A DNA stretch of 55,866 nucleotides from Pseudovirgaria hyperparasitica. Its lineage: Eukaryota. Shown here piece after piece: positions 51,302-55,866 of the stretch. The stretch lies in assembly GCA_010093815.1 (NCBI GenBank), contig ML996568.1; one strand, 5' to 3'. The position numbers were made by a program, and so were the translations under genes. The notes beneath the pieces were generated by a model that saw only the letters and a list, made by a program, of their open reading frames with translations, was not told the DNA's origin and did no database searches. Each line of letters begins with the position of its first letter. The first letter of the stretch is position 1.

Positions 51302-54300
51302 TGTAAAGAGTAAAGACGTAGGATAGTAGTCTAACAGTTTATAGAGAGATATAGGAATGTATTTATAGAGTAATCTTACTCTTATACGAGGTTAATTCCT
51401 AACGAGTAGGAATTAGTTTATACGGTCTACTTATATAGTAATCTCGCTTAACTTAGCTAACTTAACCTAGCTCTAGCCACTACGTGGCTATATAGATTAG
51501 AATAGTCTATATAGATCCGTTATAGTTCCCGTCCTAATAATATTCTTCTTCTTTTTATACTTCGCCCCGAAGTACTTAAGTATATATAATTCTAAGTCTC
51601 TATAATCTATCGTGTACCTATATATCCGTAACTAAGTTTCTATAATATTATAACTATCCTTAATATAGGTGAACTCGAGATTCTAGTTTACTTTTATTAG
51701 TTTATGCACGCGCTTATCCCTTACTTTATAGCTACTACCTAGGATATATAATCGCTACTTTAGTCGAGTATATATTTAGCTTCGCTCGCCTTTAATTTTA
51801 TTCTCTAGTATATCTACCTCGCTCTTAAGGTAAGTCGTTAATTTATATACTATCTTCCCTAGTTTAGGTTTAGAAGGGTCTATAGTAGTCTATTCTTATT
51901 AGAACCGGTTCTATATAACCTATTTATATTATTACGGTTACTAATTTAGCTTCGTTAATCACCGTTAGGGGTAGACGAATATTCCTTCCTTAGATCTCTA
52001 GCTAATATATATATATAGATATCTAATACTAGTTCTATCTCTAAGCCTACCTCCTCCTCTTATAAGACTCGCTCTAAAGATATCGCCTTCTCCCCGGCTA
52101 TACTAGCTAAGAAGCCTACCTATTATAGTAGTATAAAGGCGTACTCTAAGTTAGAGAAGAGAGTAGCTAGGGCTACTACTACTACTGCCTCTACTACTAA
52201 TATAGCTACTAGTCGCTCTAATCTAGATAATCCTAGTACTAAACTTATAGATAAAGTAGTTATAGGTTCTCCTCTCGCTCTAAAGTATACGCCGTCTACT
52301 CTATCTTCTCTAGAGAATAAAGAAGATCTTATTATAGATAATAATCGCGAGCCCTCGCGCTTACCCACGCCGCCATCTCGCTACTTTTCCTTCTAGTCTA
52401 ATATAGACTAATTTAGTCGCTCTAGGTCCTTTTAGAACCTTAATATTTACTCTAAACCCTAGCCTACTAATAATAAGGCCTAGGTTACCGAGAATACTAA
52501 ACGTAGTTATAGTTTACGCTATAGGAAAACGGCGAACTACGGTTTAATATACTATAAGTATATTAAGGGCTATATAGCCGGCTCTAAATATCTCTTTCGC
52601 TCTAACTCTAGTATTAGCTACTACTCTACTAACCGCGATAGGCCTATATACCCTATCTTTACTCTATCTACCTACTACCGCTACTATACTATAACTAGTA
52701 AGACTTATCTATAGATAAGTATAATAGACTATCTTAATCTAGTATAATCTAAAGTGGTTCGCGCTAATATATTCTTAGGTTCCTATATATATATAAGATA
52801 TATATAACGACCTTCGCGTCCGTAAGACCCTTAGGGGTCCTTATAGCCGTCTATCTACTATATAGAGGGAGTTTAGGGAGCGCTATAAGCTCTTTCTAGA
52901 GGTTATTAAAGTATAAGTTATAAGCACGTTAATTATTTTTAATACCTATTAATTTTTCTAGCCGCCGCGAGATCCCTAGTACCTAGGCTACCTATTCTAG
53001 GGAGTCTATCCTAGCTATAGAGGCCGTAGAGAGGATTTACTCTATCTCCCCCCCGTCCGTCTCACGCTACTAATAGATCTTATAAGAGGTCTACTATTTC
53101 TCCCTCTAAGTCGCCTCGTAAGAGGGTATATATTCCCTTCTAGATTATTCTAGATTATATTAGCTAACTTTAGACCTAGTCGCTACGCTCTAGCGCTTAA
53201 GGCTCTTCTCTCTAGACTCTAACGGATCGGGTTATTACTCTAGAGACTAAGGTTATCGTCCTCCGCCGCTATATCGTATGGTTAGAGAGAACTATACTAG
53301 AGGTTAGGATAGATAATAAGATAGAGAAGTAGCTCTATAGTTCTAGCTCTATATATTAGCTCTATACCTAGCTCTATATATTCTAGATCTACTATAGGTA
53401 GTGCGCGCCGGCTCTATTTACCTAGCTTTTATTCGTTTTAGTCCTTTTTAGACTATTTAGATACCTATTAGCTAGTTTCTAGTAATTTAATTCTTAACTT
53501 AATGATATTATATATGCGCTCGCTTAGCTTATAACTATTAGTTTCTATATTCTGATTTTCCTTAAGTCACCTAAGTGTGGGCACCATATATAAATTAGTT
53601 TATCTCTATGAATTCTATTAGAGTACCTAAACTAGTAGCCTAGTAGTTATTAGTTTAGGTACTCTAACCTTTTATATTTTATATTAAGAGTTTAATTCTA
53701 TAGTAGGGTACCTTTTTTTAGTTCTTAGTCCTATGTTTTTCTCGTGTATAATAGTCTATATTAGTCTATTCTAGATTCTTCTATATTATTCTATTATAGT
53801 ATGTCACGTTACGTTTCTAAAATGGTTATTTACGCTTTCTTCGCGTCTAGTAACCGTGTAACGCTTAAATTATAGGGCTACTATATAGGGTTTTCCTAGT
53901 GCGCGTCTAGATTTCCTAGTTTAGTACTTCGTTCTCTACGGTATCCTTCTTCTTTTTATAATAACCGCGATATTACTATACTTATATTAATAATACGCTA
54001 TTCTATATCTTTTACTTATATATAGCTATTATAGAACTTAAGATATATACCACTAGTTCCTAGGTGTCCTTATCCTTAGTATAGTCCTTCTAACGGATTC
54101 TATATTTCTAAACACCGTCTTTATTAATCCTATATTTAATAATATAGTCTACTTCGAACACGTCTAGTCTATCTTAGGGTATAATAGAGTATAACTACAC
54201 GTTTATACGGCTATATACGTTAGGTCGAAATCTTTCGAGTAGTAAGACGTGGAACACGTTATGGATTCTTATATCGCTTCCTAACTCGAGCTCGTAGGCT

Positions 54301-55866
54301 CTTATACTAATACGACGTTTAATTCGGAAGGGACTAGCTATTTTATAATCGAGCTTCTTATTTACTTACGATGTTCGTATATTATAAACGTTAAGAAGGA
54401 CCTTGTCGCCCTCCTCGTACGTCTAATCCTTAGCTAATCTATTATACTACTTCGTATACGAGTCGTTTACTTATTAGATTATAGCGTGATAGTTACGTGC
54501 GGTTTCGAAGATTTTAATCGCTAATTCCTAAGCGTGGACGTTCACGTCTATTATTTAATTAAATTAGACCGTCTAAGACTTAAAACCTATCCTTAGACTA
54601 CGTCCGAGGTTCGCCTAGAAAGGTATAATACCTATTATACTATAATAACTATTATTATATACGAACTCTACTATACTTAGTAGGGAGGCCTAGTTATTCT
54701 ACTCGAAATTATAGAATACACGTAGGTAGGCCTTAAGCGTCTGGTTCTATCGCTCTATCTAGCCATCCGTCTAAGGATAAAATACTATAGATATATTTCT
54801 ATTTATGCTTACCATTTCGTAGAATAACGTCTAGAATTTGGACGTGAAGGTACTTCCTCGGTCTATAACGATCCTTTTTAGTATACTATAGACCTTAATA
54901 ATCTTGTTCTAGAACACCTACGCTAGTTCTTTAGATATAATCGTCTTCTATACTAGGATATACCTAGATATCTTTATAAGTCTATCTATAATAATAAGAA
55001 TAGAATTATAACTTATTCTAAGTATCTCGCTTAGAGGTAAGTTAACTATAAAGTCTATAGTAACGTCTTTCTATATAAAGAGGGGGGCTGAAAGAGGCTA
55101 TAAATTCCTATATGGCTTATGCCTAGGGGCCTTCGTTCTTTAATACATCGGATAAGTAGCTATCTATTCTTTAATATACTTAGGCATATCTTCCTAAAAA
55201 TAGTACTAATAAATTAAGCTTAGGGTATGTATATACCTAAAGTATCCTACTAGGTTAGCGTTATAGTATTAGCTAACTACGTTAAATCGCGTGTTACCCG
55301 TTAGTATATAGTACTTTCTATTATAGTAAAGTAAGCCGTCTATAAAGGTCTACTTATAGTCTACTTTAGTCCCTAATAACCTATCTTACTATATTTTACG
55401 TAACTTTAAAACTATCGGGTCTATCTTCTATAGATCCACGATTAACTAGACGAGGTTAATTAGATATTTACGCTAGGTATTATCGCCCTTCCCGATAGCG
55501 CTAATAAACGGCCTACTAGGGACTTTAGTACCGCGTCTTTGGTTACCGGCTTCGGTCTTAGAGATTTAATTACCGGTATTAACGTTAGTATCTCGCTAAT
55601 CGCCTAATAACTTAAAATCTAACCTCGTCCTTAAGAGTTAGGCCTATAGCTACTCTAGGACCCTATAGCTACTATAATCCTAGGCGCCTTCTTTATAGTT
55701 AGGTCTTCTTAATATTCTATTAGCTAGGTTTATACTTCTAGGTTAATAGTAGATTATAAAGTAAAAGTTCGTAAGCTACTTAGTCTATTAGACCTATTAA
55801 CGGTTTAAAACTATTATACTTATAAACCCCTTTAAGTTATAGTAATTAGTTAGTAACTTAACGTTA
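51302..55866 (-). mobile_element. Ty3/gypsy chromovirus, copy 2 (nested in copy 1, runs off the window)
   Basis: Begins with intact TGTAAAG LTR (51302-51524) and is colinear with 45472-~50035 (offset 5830, then 5831). Contains the antisense gene, chromodomain, integrase and the end of RNase H. Confidence 0.93.
52019..53332 (+). pseudogene. Antisense cargo gene inside gypsy copy 2 (RIP-inactivated)
   Basis: Paralog of 46189-47501. First donor mutated GT>AT (~52715), and a 1-nt insertion in the poly-C run near 53046-53054. Confidence 0.65.

Larger units (their letters stand above)
43000..55866. repeat. RIP-mutated AT-rich transposon block
   Basis: Abrupt AT and TpA enrichment with CpA/TpG depletion. 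No intact long ORFs. Differences seen between the duplicated copies are almost all C>T/G>A transitions. Confidence 0.95.

Noticed and set aside
52123..52368. 81-aa minus-strand ORF in the RIP block
   Set aside because: It is the reverse complement of the RIP-mutated antisense cargo gene, not an independent CDS.
45472..55866. 5.83-kb direct repeat as a simple tandem segmental duplication or collapsed assembly
   Set aside because: The repeat starts exactly at an LTR TGT terminus inside copy 1's pol, and the copies carry many independent transitions. This fits nested insertion followed by RIP.

Overview
Eukaryotic fungal genomic DNA (filamentous ascomycete, Pezizomycotina-type short GT-AG introns with CTAAC-like branch sites). 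Bases 1-42.9 kb are a gene-dense region: GT34 mannosyltransferase (MNN11-like), YPD1, mitochondrial aspartate aminotransferase (with 3-nt and 10-nt micro-exons), GEP3 GTPase, Tsp3-like tetraspanin, SDH8, VMA2, an INO2/INO4-like bHLH factor, a TMEM135-like membrane protein, a Cys-repeat protein, two orphan coiled-coil proteins and RFC1. A ~9-kb gene-poor island (12.8-21.9 kb) holds one of the orphans and a BTB/POZ pseudogene. From ~43.0 kb to the window end is an AT/TpA-rich block destroyed by repeat-induced point mutation (RIP). It contains nested transposons: an IS630/Tc1-type (DDE_3) transposase with a convergent second ORF, an LTR-like fragment, and two same-orientation copies of a chromodomain Ty3/gypsy element, the second inserted in the pol gene of the first. 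The most notable finding is that this gypsy element carries, between its chromodomain and 3' LTR, a ~400-codon intron-containing antisense cargo gene with a putative Zn-cluster-like Cys motif and a C-terminal coiled coil, reconstructable by comparing the two RIP-mutated copies. Gene models and de-RIP translations were made by eye; no database searches were run.
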